Positions 22,480 to 34,215 of a stretch of 64,000 nt of DNA are shown in pieces. Numbering within the stretch: position 1 is the first letter of the stretch; every line of letters starts with the position of its first letter. The notes under the pieces were generated by a model. It made no database searches. It was not told the origin of the DNA and was given only the letters and a program-made list of their open reading frames with translations. The stretch comes from Octopus sinensis. Taxonomy: Eukaryota. A program made the position numbers and the translations under genes. Location: assembly GCF_006345805.1 (NCBI RefSeq), contig NC_043021.1, positions 7,316,001 through 7,380,000 of the forward strand, in the 5' to 3' direction.

Positions 22480-23770
22480 AAAGTGCTACCTCTAGTTGTG
22501 CTGCTCAAAGTTCGTGCGAATGGCTGTTTACTTCATTGCTACCTTTCTAGCTTTAATACGCAGCTTTTGCACCGATTTCATTAGCTTACAATATCAACTT
22601 ATTTACAGCTATGCTTGCCTTGTCAAGCGATGGCAAACATATGGCACAGTCTTTTCATTGGATCCGAATAAACTTAATATCAAACCGCAAAGTTTTGAGA
22701 AACCTACTGATATTTAAAAGTTTTGAGAGTAATTTCAACATATTTGCGCAGGCAATGTGGTAAGAAGCAAGATTTCTAACCACATGGATCCAGGTTTAGC
22801 CCACTGCATGGCACCTTGGTTAAGTGTACTCTACTATAGCCTCGGTCCGACCGAAGCTCTGTAGGTGGATTTGGTAGAGGGAAACTGAAAGAAGCCCGTC
22901 GTGTATAATATATATATATATGTGTGTGTGTGTGTTTGTTCCCCACCACTTTACAACCGGTGTTAATGTCTGTACGTCCCCATAACCCAGCAGTTCAGCA
23001 AAAGGACCGATAAAATAAGTACTAGGCTTTAAAAAAATTAAGTACTGGGGTCGACTCATTCGACTAAAAATTCAAGGCGTTACCCCAGCATGGCCGCAGA
23101 CATGACTAAAACAAGTAAAAGATAAATTAGAAAGTAAAAATTTCAAGTACTTTCCAAAGGCAAAGGAAAATTAAGACTATACGAATCTTGATGAACAGGA
23201 TGCGAAACATTTTAGAGACATCCTATGGGCGGCAACGAAACGGTTTTGCCCTAGATTTACACAGTTCGTTGATCTACACAAAACAATACAATTTATAAAA
23301 TTCCAACTGGAGCAGATTTCACGGATCTGAAATTGAATGTGTTTGAGTGGCTGGGTTTAAGAGATTTAGGATATTCAGTGAGTCAACTTCTAATCCAATC
23401 GTATTTGGAAGTGAAAATTCATTCCGCTTAAAGTTCATTTAGAAAAACAAAAACTGAATGTGAATATATAAAAGAAATTGTGAATAAATATTCAGACTTG
23501 TGAACTTTTGGGAATGTGCAATTGTTTTCTCGAAAATTTTAGTGCACTTAAAATTCTTGAAAAAGTATTCCTAGCAATTTTCTCATGAACGTATTCATGT
23601 GAAGCATTGTTTTCTACATTGAACAAGAGAAACAGAATGGCTGATGTCATGAGTGCTGCTTGCAGAACAACATTAAACTATATCCACTATATTCGTCCTA
23701 TAAATTTGCTGTCTTCTCGAATTCTGCAGCAAAAAGATCATAAAAGTTCAGACAGCTGTTTTTTTTTTAA
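22480..23770 (+). mobile_element. Decayed hAT (Charlie/GTF2IRD2-like) transposase, interrupted by a SINE-A
   Basis: NKLNIKPQSFEK (cf. NELNLKLQG..K) and CEALFSTLNKRNRMADVMSAACRTTLNY..RPINLLSSRILQQKDH (hAT C-terminal dimerisation region). Confidence 0.7.
22750..23125 (+). mobile_element. SINE family A nested in the hAT remnant
   Basis: GCAATGTGGTAAGAAGC head to CATGACTAAAACAAGTAAAAGAT tail. Confidence 0.85.
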
Positions 23771-23799
23771 AATTTCATTATATTTTCTTAGTTTTAAAA

Positions 23800-24175
23800 A
23801 GGCGGCGATCTGGCAGAGTAGTTAGCACACTGGATGAAATACTTAAGCGGCCAACTGGCAGAAACGTTAGCACGCTGGGCGAAATGCTTAGCGGTATTTC
23901 GTCTGCCGCTACGTTCTGAGTTCAAATTCCGCCGAGGTCAACTTTGCCTTTCATCCTTTCGGGGTCGATTAAATAAGTACCAGGTACGCACTGGGGTCGA
24001 TGTAATCGACTTAATACCTATGTCTGTCCTTGTTTGTCCCTTCTATGTTTAGCCCCCTGTGGGTAATAAATAAATAAGTATTTCGCCCGTCGCTACGTTC
24101 TGAGTTCAAATTCCGCCGAGGTCGACTTTGCCTTTCATCCTCTCGGGGTCGATATAATCGACTTGTCCCCTCTCC
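23800..24175 (+). mobile_element. SINE family B multimer with duplicated head
   Basis: Two head starts (23800, ~23855), full unit, junction AATAAGTATTTCG at ~24073, partial second unit. Confidence 0.8.
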
Positions 24176-24254
24176 CCTTGTGCTTATTATCCTGGTTTTA
24201 TGAAGTATATTTTGAAAGTTTAAGTTATATTTTTGCGAATAACCCTCTTCCCAT

Positions 24255-24512
24255 ACGAGAGAAACACGCAAGAATATGTTTTCCGGCTCCAAACTTGTTG
24301 CATTGACCGCAAATCCGGGTACTACCCTCGTAACACAGAGGAGAGAAAAATAAATAAATACAGGAGCCTGCTGTTTTCCTCCGCAAAACCGGGATATCGG
24401 TGACCCTCTGAGAAATGAGCGCTGTGAAGTAGGGCGACTGCTGCAGCAAGTTTCGCTGGCCATTGTCCGCGACAGCACCATCGCAGTCATGACCGCGATA
24501 CGCAGATGAACA
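24255..24512 (+). mobile_element. CRE-like (REL) non-LTR retrotransposon C-terminal remnant
   Basis: SKLVALTANPGTTLVTQRREK*..DIGDPLRNERCEVGRLLQQVSLAIVRDSTIAVM resembles TA..PG.AA..AE..K..KY and TGDPRE..FL.QRLSLAI.RGNA. Confidence 0.45.
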
Positions 24513-24522
24513 TTCCATTTGT

Positions 24523-24730
24523 CCAGGTTTAGCTCCACTGCATGGCACCTTGGTTAAGTGTACTCTACTATAGCCTCGGTCCGACCGAAGCCCTGTGGGT
24601 GGATTTGGTAGAGGGAAACTGAAAGAAGCCCGTCGTGTATAATATATATATATATATATGTGTGTGTGTGCTTGTTCTCCACCACTTTACTACCGGTGTT
24701 AGTGTCTGTACGTCCCCATAACCCAGCAGT
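24523..24730 (+). repeat. Local duplicate of SINE-A segment 22791-22998
   Basis: Shares private substitutions GGTTAAGTGTACTC, GAGGGAAACTG and CTGTACGTCCCCATAACCCAGCAGTT. Confidence 0.8.
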
Positions 24731-25188
24731 TGCCCAGTGCTCCCCACCCTCCATTTTCTGCTGCTTAATCCCATCGTTATTTCTTCTTTCTATGTTTCTT
24801 TGTTTCCTTGTAATTAAAGTGTGATAAATAAAGTTTATAGTATTCATTTTTACAAATTATACCAGAAAAATAGTTTCTCCTCGAACGACTCAGCAAATCA
24901 GCAACTGATAATGGGAAAAGTTCCTCGTCAAGGCACCTGTCTGGACCATCGATCTTCATGGAAGATAACAGGTGCCCGTCACCGAGGAACAAGCAAGACC
25001 AGTACAAGATACACGTTTATTATATACATATATGTTGTATATGTGCGCGTGTGTGTGTTCACACACACACATACATACACACACCACACACACACACAAA
25101 CACACACACCACACACACACATACACCATATATATATATAATATATATATATATATTATATATATTATATATTACATACTTATATACC

Positions 25189-25485
25189 GTGGAGGCGTAA
25201 TGGCCTAGCGGACTCGGCATCGTAGGGTTACGGTTTCGATTCCCAGACCGGGCGTTGGGAGTGTTTATTGAGCAAAAACACCCAAGCTTCACGAGGCTGC
25301 GGCAGGGGATGATGGCGAACCTGCTGCATTCTTTCGCCACAACATTGTCTCACTCTTTCTTCCTGTTTCTACTGTACCTGTATTTTAAAGGGCCAGCCTT
25401 GTCACACTCTGTGTCACGCTGAATCTCTCCGAGATTAAGGTACACGTGTCTGCGGAGTGCTCAGGCCCCTTGCTCAGGCCACTTG
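25189..25485 (+). mobile_element. SINE family C, 3'-truncated
   Basis: CGTGGAGGCGTAATGGCCTAGCGGACTCGG..GTGTCTGCGGAGTGCTCAG. Confidence 0.8.
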
Positions 25486-25555
25486 CATCTTTAATGATTC
25501 GTTACGAATCATTAAAGATGTGTTTAAGAATTTTCTTTTTGATTTGCCTACACAC

Positions 25556-25608
<53 letters not shown>

Positions 25609-25611
25609 CGT

Positions 25612-25775
25612 ATATACGACGGGCTTCTTTCAGTTTCCGTCTACCAAATCCACTCACAAGGCTTTGGTCGGCCCACGGCTATAGTAGAAGACACTTGCCC
25701 AAGGTGCCACGCAGTGAAACTGAACCCAGAACTATGCGGTTCGTAAGCAAGCTTACTTACCACACAGCCACTCCT
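25612..25775 (-). mobile_element. SINE family A, 5' half
   Basis: ACGACGGGCTTCTTTC..CACAGCCACTCCT. Confidence 0.85.
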
Positions 25776-26469
25776 AAACGCATAAATCAGCTTTGAATAG
25801 ACACTGAACGTGCGTGTCTCGGATAAATTTGTTTCTCTACATTTCTGTTCGCACAGGTTTGATTACTACAGGCTCTATACAATATATCCATGGCTGTGGA
25901 TATATTGTATATAACCGACGGAGTGCCAAGCACGTGATTATTTGTCACTAACCTCGCCATGAGTCAGAGGTGACTGATGAGCACATTGCTTAACAATGGA
26001 GCCCATCCCATCTACATGAAACGAAAGAACCAACATTTCAGTTTGCAGCGATCACCCTAGTTACCCACATACCTACTTTTTGGAACTATATACGTTGTTG
26101 GAAATACACTACCAAAGAAATGTAATTATCAGCCATCTCCAAAAACTCTTTTATGAACTACTCCCTCTGTTCATAAATCTGTCCACCCAGCTCACCCCCT
26201 TTCCAGTTTTTATTCCCCTGGTGATCTCGATCGAACCAAATCCTAATCCCTTTAATCGAGCCTTTGGTACACCTACGCATGCAGTTCAACCAGATGCACT
26301 TCCCTTAAGCCCCGAGTTCAAAGCCCACTACATTGTCCCTGCTAATATATGTTCTCTTTATGCGGCAGTACATCTCCTCTGTGGTACCGTCCACCCAAAA
26401 TTTCCTATGTGTACGGCAACATATTTGTCAGATCCAACATGTATGGAAGGACGGTATATTTGCATCCCA

Positions 26470-26943
26470 AGGCGGTGAGCTGGCAGAAGCGTTAGTACGC
26501 CGGGCGAAATGCTTAGCCGTATTTAAGGCGGCGAGCTGGCAGAATCGTTAGCACGCCGGACGGAATGCTTAGCGGTATTTCGTCTGTCGTTACGTTCTGA
26601 GTTCAAATTCCGCCAAGGTCGACTTTGCCTTTCATCCTTTCGGGGTCGATTAAATAAGTACCAGTTACGCACTGGGGTCGATGTAATCGACTTAATCCGT
26701 TTGTCTGTCCTTGTTTGTCCTCTCTGTGTTTAGCCCCTTGTGGGTAGTAAAGAAATACGTATTTCGTCTGTCGTTACGTTCTGATTCAAATTCCGCCAAG
26801 GTCGACTTTGCCTTTCATCCTTTCGGGGTCGATAAATTAAGTACCAGTTACGCAATGGGGTCGATATAATCGTCTTAATCCGTCTGTCTGTCCCTGTTTG
26901 TCTCGTCTGTGCTTAGCCCCTTGTGGGTAGTAAAGAAATAGGC
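26470..26943 (+). mobile_element. SINE family B dimer with duplicated head and 14 bp TSD
   Basis: TSD ATATTTGCATCCCA at 26456-26469 and 26944-26957; junction GAAATACGTATTTC at ~26752. Confidence 0.9.
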
Positions 26944-27229
26944 ATATTTGCATCCCAGACCGAATCGAATGCCCCTCAACACATCGAACTTCTGCAACAA
27001 TTGACTTAAACATCAGGAGAGATTGAAATGAAAATCATTGATGGAACAAGAACGTAACTTGAAACAGCGCTGACAGAGGGTCATTCGATAATAATATTTT
27101 CACCCCACTTTTTTTTTTTATTGCTGTTATACTTACACGCTAACATGACTCTTAAACGCTGCAATTGCCTTAGTTTCGAACCATGCTTTGGGCTCAAGTC
27201 CCTTGCTAAACAACTACAACTTCAATATA

Positions 27230-27262
27230 TATATCCATCCATCCATCCATCTATTTATCTAT

Positions 27263-27315
<53 letters not shown>

Positions 27316-27454
27316 CATTTTTCTCTCTCTCCCTTTCTCTGTCTCCATTTCTCTCTCCCCTCTTTCTGTCCCCCCCTCTCTCTCTATATATATATATACA
27401 TACACGTGCGCACATACACACACACACACCCACACCCACACACACAAACACCCC

Positions 27455-27485
<31 letters not shown>

Positions 27486-27749
27486 ACACACATACTCACA
27501 TAAAAGAGAATCAACGGTCCTCGCCTACCTTTAAGCTGGTTTCCCGGATTCTGCGGTGTGTATACCTTCCACCCACCCACTGGACAGATGCTGGAACCGT
27601 CGCAGGACCACTAATTTTTGCAAGCTAAGTAGACTGGAGTAACGTGAAATGAAGTGTTTTGCTCAAGAAAGCAACAATATCGAAACCACAATCATGCGAT
27701 CAAGAAACTAACACACTTAGCCACGCACCACCACGATGTGTATATATAT

Positions 27750-27819
<70 letters not shown>

Positions 27820-27985
27820 GTGCGTATATGTGTGTGTGTATGCACACACACATGCACATACGTACATACAAGTGTGTGTGTGTGTGTATATATATATGTT
27901 TATATTATGTTTGCATGTCTATCTATCTATCTATCTATCTTTTTCTCTCTCTACATATATATGCATGTATATATATATATATATA

Positions 27986-28053
<68 letters not shown>

Positions 28054-28190
28054 ATATATATAATATATATATATATATATACATATATACAAATATATAT
28101 ATATATGTGTGTATGTATGTATGTATTTATTTATTTATGTATGTGTATGTATGCATGCATGCATATATGCATACCTACATACATGTCTGC
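27230..28190. repeat. Compound (ATCT)n/(CT)n/(AC)n/(AT)n field with SINE-D fragment at ~27570-27730
   Basis: Direct reading; GACTGGAGTAACGTGAAATGAAGTGTTTTGCTCAAG fragment. Confidence 0.8.
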
Positions 28191-28799
28191 GAATTCATTT
28201 TTATATTTTTCCTTGATTTACTATCGAAGTTAAGATATGATGTAAGATGGTGAATGGGTGCGATTAAGAGCAAGCGAACGGCATATTTGGGTGACAGAGT
28301 TCAGAAGCGAAACGGTTGGGAATGTGAGTGGGCGAACCCGGATTAGGTGGTTTGGCGGGGATGAGAGGGTAGATTGGTGAGGATTAAGTTTACGCCTGCA
28401 GTCTCTTTCATTTACACAACATGTAGTTATCATATTCCTCGATGTGTGGTAGCGGTGGTAGTGTTAGCACTTGTTGGTTGGTGGTATTGAGTGTGTGCGC
28501 GTGTGTGTGCGTGCGTGTGTGTGCATGCGTGTGTGTGTGTGTGTTGTTTGTTTCGTGCGTGCGTGTGTGTGTGTGTGGTTTGTTTCGTGCGTGCGTGTGT
28601 GTTGTAGATGTAATGGAGTGCGAGTGTGAGTGAAGACTTTGAGTGTGTGTGTCAGAGTGCCTGAGTGAGATGTGAGCAATCTCATATTTTAACTACACAC
28701 ACACACACACACACGCATACATGCACACATACACACACACACACATATATATACATGCACACACATACATATATATATCCTCATACAAATATATACATT

Positions 28800-29010
28800 A
28801 CATATCGCCATGTTGATTCGTTAGCTACTGCACGCATTTTTTTTTCTCTCCTTCTTTCTGTGTTTTTCTCTCTCTGTGTATCTTTCTGTTGAAGAGCGTA
28901 GGCTCGAAACGTTAAAGACTTGTTTTATTTATATTTCCTGAGCGCCATACTAATACAATTGTTCGTTTGTTTTCCACCTGCCTTCGTCTTTTGTTTATTT
29001 TCATAAAGCT
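28800..29010 (+). mobile_element. pLTR-like module with minimal hammerhead-like motif
   Basis: TCTTT CTGTTGA A GAGC GTAG GCTC GAAAC GTT AAAGA (28881-28918); downstream CCTGAGCG..TAATAC..TTCCAC blocks shared with the 20258 and 29524 copies; flanked by AT/AC repeats. Confidence 0.6.
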
Positions 29011-29523
29011 TCCCGTTATGTATATGCATGTATGTATGTATACATGAATGTGTGACTATATTTAATAGGAATATAATGTATATATTTATTTATATTCATC
29101 TACAAAATAAGCCCAATATTTATATGAATGCAATACGCACGAAGCACTCACAAATAGTCAAAGAAGCTGGTACAAATGCAAGTTGGAAATAAAAAGAGGA
29201 AAACCAGAAGTAAGGAACAACAATACAAGTTTGTTGTTTCACGATATATTTCGATATTTCGGAGTGAAGACCCCCTAATCCCGATAGAATAGGGGATGGT
29301 GACAGCGAAATTCAGAAATATAAGGTAAAAGTGCATGCGGTTGTTTTGTTTGCTTCGCTTCTGCTTCGACTCTTCTTGTTCCAAATTGCGTTGATTGTAC
29401 GAGTTTTTAAAATATATATATTTATAATACAGACGTCGGAGTGGCTGCGTGGAAAGAAGCTTGCTTCCCAAACTCGTAGGTGCCGGGTTCAGTCTAAGGC
29501 CGAAACTGAAAGAAGCCTGTCGT

Positions 29524-29728
29524 TTGTGACCGCATGTGTACCGTTGGTGATTTTTTTCCTCTGTCTGCCATTCTCTGGATCTTTCCTTCTATGTTTCCGA
29601 CGAAGAGCTCCGCTCGAAACGTTAAACCCTCCTTCTTTCCTTCTTTCCTGAGCGTCCAATAATACTATATTTGTTCCACGTCCTCGCGTTGTTGTGTTTT
29701 TTTGTGCTTTCATGTTTGGATTAACTTT
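29524..29728 (+). mobile_element. pLTR-like module with minimal hammerhead-like motif
   Basis: GTTT CCGACGA A GAGC TCC GCTC GAAAC GTT AAAC (29593-29627). Confidence 0.6.
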
Positions 29729-29797
29729 AATATATATATATATCTATTATGTATGTGTGGTGTGTGTGTGTGTATGATGTGTGTTGTAATATGTATG

Positions 29798-29829
<32 letters not shown>

Positions 29830-29836
<7 letters not shown>

Positions 29837-30340
29837 TGAGTTTGTCTTCCCGCCATCGCCTGACAACTGACGCTGGTGTGTTTACGTCCACGTTACTTAG
29901 CGGTTCGGCAAAAGAGACCGATAGAATCAGTACTTAGGCTTACAAAGACAAAGTTCCGAGGTCGATTTGTTCGACTAAAGGCGGTGATCTAGCATGGCCG
30001 CAATCACATGACTGAAACGAGTAAAAAAAAAAAGAAAAGAATTCTATGGATGTTTGACGAATGCTTAAGTCATGTTTCAATGCTATCTTTTATCATTTAT
30101 CTTCCGCTTGTTTCAGTCATTTGACTGCGGCCATGCTGGGGCACCGCGTTGAAGAGTTTTTAGTCGAATGAATCGACCCACCACTTATTTTGTTTTTTTA
30201 AGATTGATACTTATTCTATCGGTATTCTTTTGCTGAACTGCTAGGTTATGAGAACGTAAACACACCAACACCGGTTGTCAAGTGGTGGTGGTGGACAAAC
30301 ACAGACTACAGAAACACACAGACAGACAGACATATACACA
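29830..30340. mobile_element. Two SINE-A 3' halves, tail-to-tail (+ 29830-30030; - 30100-30340)
   Basis: GACAACTGACGCTGG..GACTGAAACGAGTA and TTGTTTCAGTCATTTGACTGCGG..GGACAAACACAGAC. Confidence 0.75.
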
Positions 30341-30348
30341 CACACACA

Positions 30349-30386
<38 letters not shown>

Positions 30387-30699
30387 AGATATATATATTA
30401 TATGTAGAAAAATACAAACTGGGACAAGAACGTAAAACATTTAGAAGACGATACAAAAAACACGGACGGAACATTCGAAGCCTTCAATCTTCAGTCAAGA
30501 ACCGGATCATCCTCGCAATTACGGCATATAAGGGTGGCTTGTCAGCAATTTTTCAGCAGAAGGGCAAAAATATATCCGTCACTAGAGCGACTGAGGGCAT
30601 TATTTCTAGAAATAAGAGTTGTTTGGGAATGTGAGTGGGCGAACCCGGATTATGTGGTTTGGCGGGGAAGCTAGGGGGAGTGGGGTTGCTTTGACTCTC

Positions 30700-31140
30700 A
30701 CTTCTAGCAATACTGATGCTCTCTGTGTCACGCGGAATCTCCCCGAGAACTACGTTAAGGGTACACGTGTCTGTGGAGTGCTCAGCCACTTGCACGTTAA
30801 TAAATGAGCTGCGACGTCACAGGTGCCAAGCTGTATCGGCCTTTGCCTTTCCCTTTCCCTTGGATAACATCGGTGGCGTGGAGATTGGAGGCTGTTATGC
30901 GTGGGCGACTGCTGGTCTTCCATAAACAACCTTGCCCAGACTTGTGCCTCAGAGGGTAACTTTCTAGGTGCAATCCAATGGTCATTCATGACCGAACGGG
31001 GTCACAACTCATTTTTTCCAGCTGTGTCGACTGGAACAATGTGAAATAAAGTATCTTGCTGAAGGACGCGAGGTGACGCTGTTTTTCGAACTCATAACCT
31101 TACGATTGTGAATCGAATACTGTAACCACTAAGCCACGCA
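30700..31140. mobile_element. Mosaic of SINE-C internal piece (+), SINE-D 3' half (+) and SINE-D-like 5' half (-)
   Basis: GTGTCACG..GCCACTTGCACGTTAAT | AAATGAGCTGCGACGTC..CATGACCGAACGGGG | CAACTCATTTTTCCAGCTG..AACCACTAAGCCACGC. Confidence 0.7.
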
Positions 31141-31544
31141 TCTTGATAGGTAGATTCTGGCTGCTACAGGTCGAACTACTATACAGAAGGTTTCCTCATC
31201 GGGTCCGTAAGATCGAGAGGTAGTTTAGTATTGAGTCCTGGATGAATAATTGTAGAAAATAACAAAAAAAAAAAAACCCAATAAGAACAAAATTAAAACA
31301 ACGAAATGTTGCATCAGTTAAGAATTGAACGCCGGTAGTTTCGCCGGAAGGATACGAGCCGTTTACCACTGAGCCACCGCGAGAAATATGACTAGAAAAA
31401 GGGCGGTAAGTGCTGTGACGACTTGATACTCTGTGAATGGGTAAATGATCTGAGATAAATTAGCAACATGACACACATTTGTGACGTCAAGTGTCCAATA
31501 GTCAGTATTTCCTAATTCGGTGTCAACAGCCACGAAGGAATTAG

Positions 31545-31727
31545 GCTATGTATGTATGTATGTATGTATGTATGTATGTATGTATGTATGTATGATGTAT
31601 GTATGCATGCATGCATGTATATGTATGTATGTATGTATGTGTGTAGTGTGTATGTATATATGTATGTATGTTGTGTGTATGTATAGTTGTATGTATATAT
31701 GTATGTATGTATGTATGTATGTTATGC

Positions 31728-31758
<31 letters not shown>

Positions 31759-31928
31759 TGTGTGTGCGTGTGATGTGTGTATGTTTGTATGTATGTATGT
31801 ATGTATGTGTGCATGTGTGTGCGTGTGCATGCGTGTATGTTTGCACGTATGTATACATATATACCTGTATGTATTGTGTGTACTTATGTATGTTGGCTAT
31901 ATACGTATTATATACATATATTATATAT

Positions 31929-31960
<32 letters not shown>

Positions 31961-32090
31961 AGTGCTTGTGTATATATGTGTGTGTGTATGTATGTATGTA
32001 TGTATGTATGTATGTATGTATGTATGTATGTATGCATGTATGTGTTTGTACGTATGTATGTATATCTGTGTGAAAGTGTTTATGATGCCA
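31545..32090. repeat. (ATGT)n compound microsatellite
   Basis: Direct reading. Confidence 0.9.
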
Positions 32091-32222
32091 TACAAGTATT
32101 TATGTCAACAGCTACACTGAAACTAGGCTAACTTAAGTGTGTTCGTATGTGTGTATGTGCTAAGAATATACATACACACACACACATATATATATACATA
32201 TCATGTATATATATATATGCTT

Positions 32223-32256
<34 letters not shown>

Positions 32257-32380
32257 AGCATATATATATGTATATGTATGTATATTGTTTATGGATACAT
32301 ATCTACGCGTCTCCCCAATGTGCTTATGTGTCAACAACTAATGAGAAAGAAAAGCTTACCTAAGTGTTGTAAGTATGTGC

Positions 32381-32422
<42 letters not shown>

Positions 32423-32431
32423 ATAGATAAT

Positions 32432-32468
<37 letters not shown>

Positions 32469-32975
32469 ATTCATTTTCTCGGTTGTTCATTTTTTTCTCA
32501 ACCGATCAATGAACCGATTGAGTAAACCTGTCGATAACGAACCTACAATGGTTACTGGAAACAGCTGTAAGGCAAATATGCTACAATAAAGAAAACTATG
32601 TTATGACCATTATCTACACCTCGTCTTGTATATCACAAAACCAGTATGAGTGGAACACAACCATGAATTCACAATATAGAATGTGATGAACCATAACCTC
32701 GGACCCTGCCACGAGAACACACAGAGTTCCTTACTAATCTAAATAAAATTGTTAGCTTGGTGTACTAACAGAGAACTGATAAAGTATTTTGCCCAGATTG
32801 AAAATCCTTCACTAGTAACTCCTTTTATATATATAGATATATATATAGATTTTGTCTGAGATTGGACAAATGTGTCTGTTAATTGCAGGATATAATTTTT
32901 TATTGTTCAGTTTCTTCAATTCAAATTGTTTTGATGCATCATCACACATTTTACGCTACTCACATCGATCTAGGC

Positions 32976-33488
32976 CTGGGGTCGGCGATCAGGGTAAAAA
33001 TGAAATTCTTGGAGTAATGAAGACTCATTAAACATAAATAAAATTATATAAAAAAAACATGTTCCTAGTTACGATAGAAATGTTTCGTCTGTCATGTGGA
33101 GGCAGTCAAAAAGTTACTGCCTTTTGCAACAACTGACCTTTAAGAACGAGGATTTTCCACTCTACTGAGCATAAAAGCAAAGCAGAGTAATCGATTGGAC
33201 CCTGAAGACTGTATCCAAATTGCTCTGGCATCAAAATGCTCCAATTTCGATGTAATTGTAACAAAAAGGAAACATCATTTCTCCAAAACCTGAAGTGAAA
33301 AGTCTTCTAGAAAAATCTTTTTCTTTCATAATTTATTTTGTCGCATTTGTTTTATACTTTTTATATTTATAATTGTGTTTTCCATATAAATAGATTCAAT
33401 CTATGATTTTCTTCCTTTCAAAGGGGTTAACGTTGGCATAAATAAATATATTTTGAGATAATTGGTTAAAAAGGTTCCCCGACCCCTG
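32976..33488 (+). mobile_element. Internally deleted hAT/Charlie element with TIRs, 8 bp TSD and transposase C-terminal remnant
   Basis: Ends CTGGGGTCGGCGA / TCCCCGACCCCTG; TSD ATCTAGGC (32968-75) / ACCTAGGC (33489-96); FSTLLSIKAKQSNRLDPEDCIQIALASKCSNFDVIVTKRKHHFS. Confidence 0.8.
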
Positions 33489-33589
33489 ACCTAGGCAATA
33501 ACTTTCCTATGATGTTAAATTAAGCTGTTGTGATTTTAGTGATTATTTCAACTTATCCTTATACCTTAGCAGGGGTTCTTCCTTTATTG

Positions 33590-34215
33590 CCGAATCCCTC
33601 TACTTGTTCACTATACAAAAGAATTTTCGGAATGCGTTCATCATACATTTGAACATGTCCAACCCATCTGCTCTGAATTCTCAACAGCATGCTTTCGTTA
33701 CTGGAGGTATCACATTTTTCAAAAAATTTGACATTTCATGTCTTATCTTGCCATTTTATGTTGCAAATATTGCGCAGACAGCACATGTGAAAGTTTTCAA
33801 GTTTTTTCTTTATATGTCTGTAGTAGGGAGTCCGTGTTTCTGCCCCGTACAAAAGTGTGCTCAAAATGCAAGATTTGTAAATACTCGTTTCAGTTTTCAA
33901 ACTGATACTGTGTTCATCCCACAAACGATGAGAAAGTTTTCCAAAAAACACTTGTAACCTTCAATATTCTAGTACTGACTTCGTCATCAAGAGTACTCTT
34001 AAAGTTTTCCGCACTTCCATGATATTTCAATGATCTGACGCATTTGAGTGATTTATTGTCATCATCACATTTGAATCTTGAGTATGTTCCATCCCAGATT
34101 TTGATTGGAATAAAACTTCAGTTTTCTTAATGCTGAAAGTGAGCCCAAATGCGCGAACTGCCGCAGCAAACTTGCCAACTGTTTTCTGAATTCTTTCAAA
34201 TATATTAGAAATCAA
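33590..34215 (-). mobile_element. Decayed RTE-clade LINE, RT C-terminal region
   Basis: KFAAAVRAFGLTFSIKKTEVLFQ..; FGKLSHRLWDEHSISLKT..IYKSCILSTLLYGAET..LENFHMCCLRNICNIKWQDK..; SRWVGHV..ERIPKILLY. Confidence 0.85.

Noticed and set aside
25960-26455. 132 aa ORF and a faint Gypsy-like phrase (AHPIYMKRK)
   Set aside because: No convincing motif series; too weak to call
31320-31382. tRNA-like sequences on the minus strand here and at 40550-40620 and 51605-51660
   Set aside because: A/B-box-like words without a full cloverleaf; best explained as old SINE heads, not tRNA genes
31520-32130. Similar words GTCAACAGC.AC..AGGCTA on both sides of the (ATGT)n field
   Set aside because: Too short and divergent to distinguish an old duplication from chance
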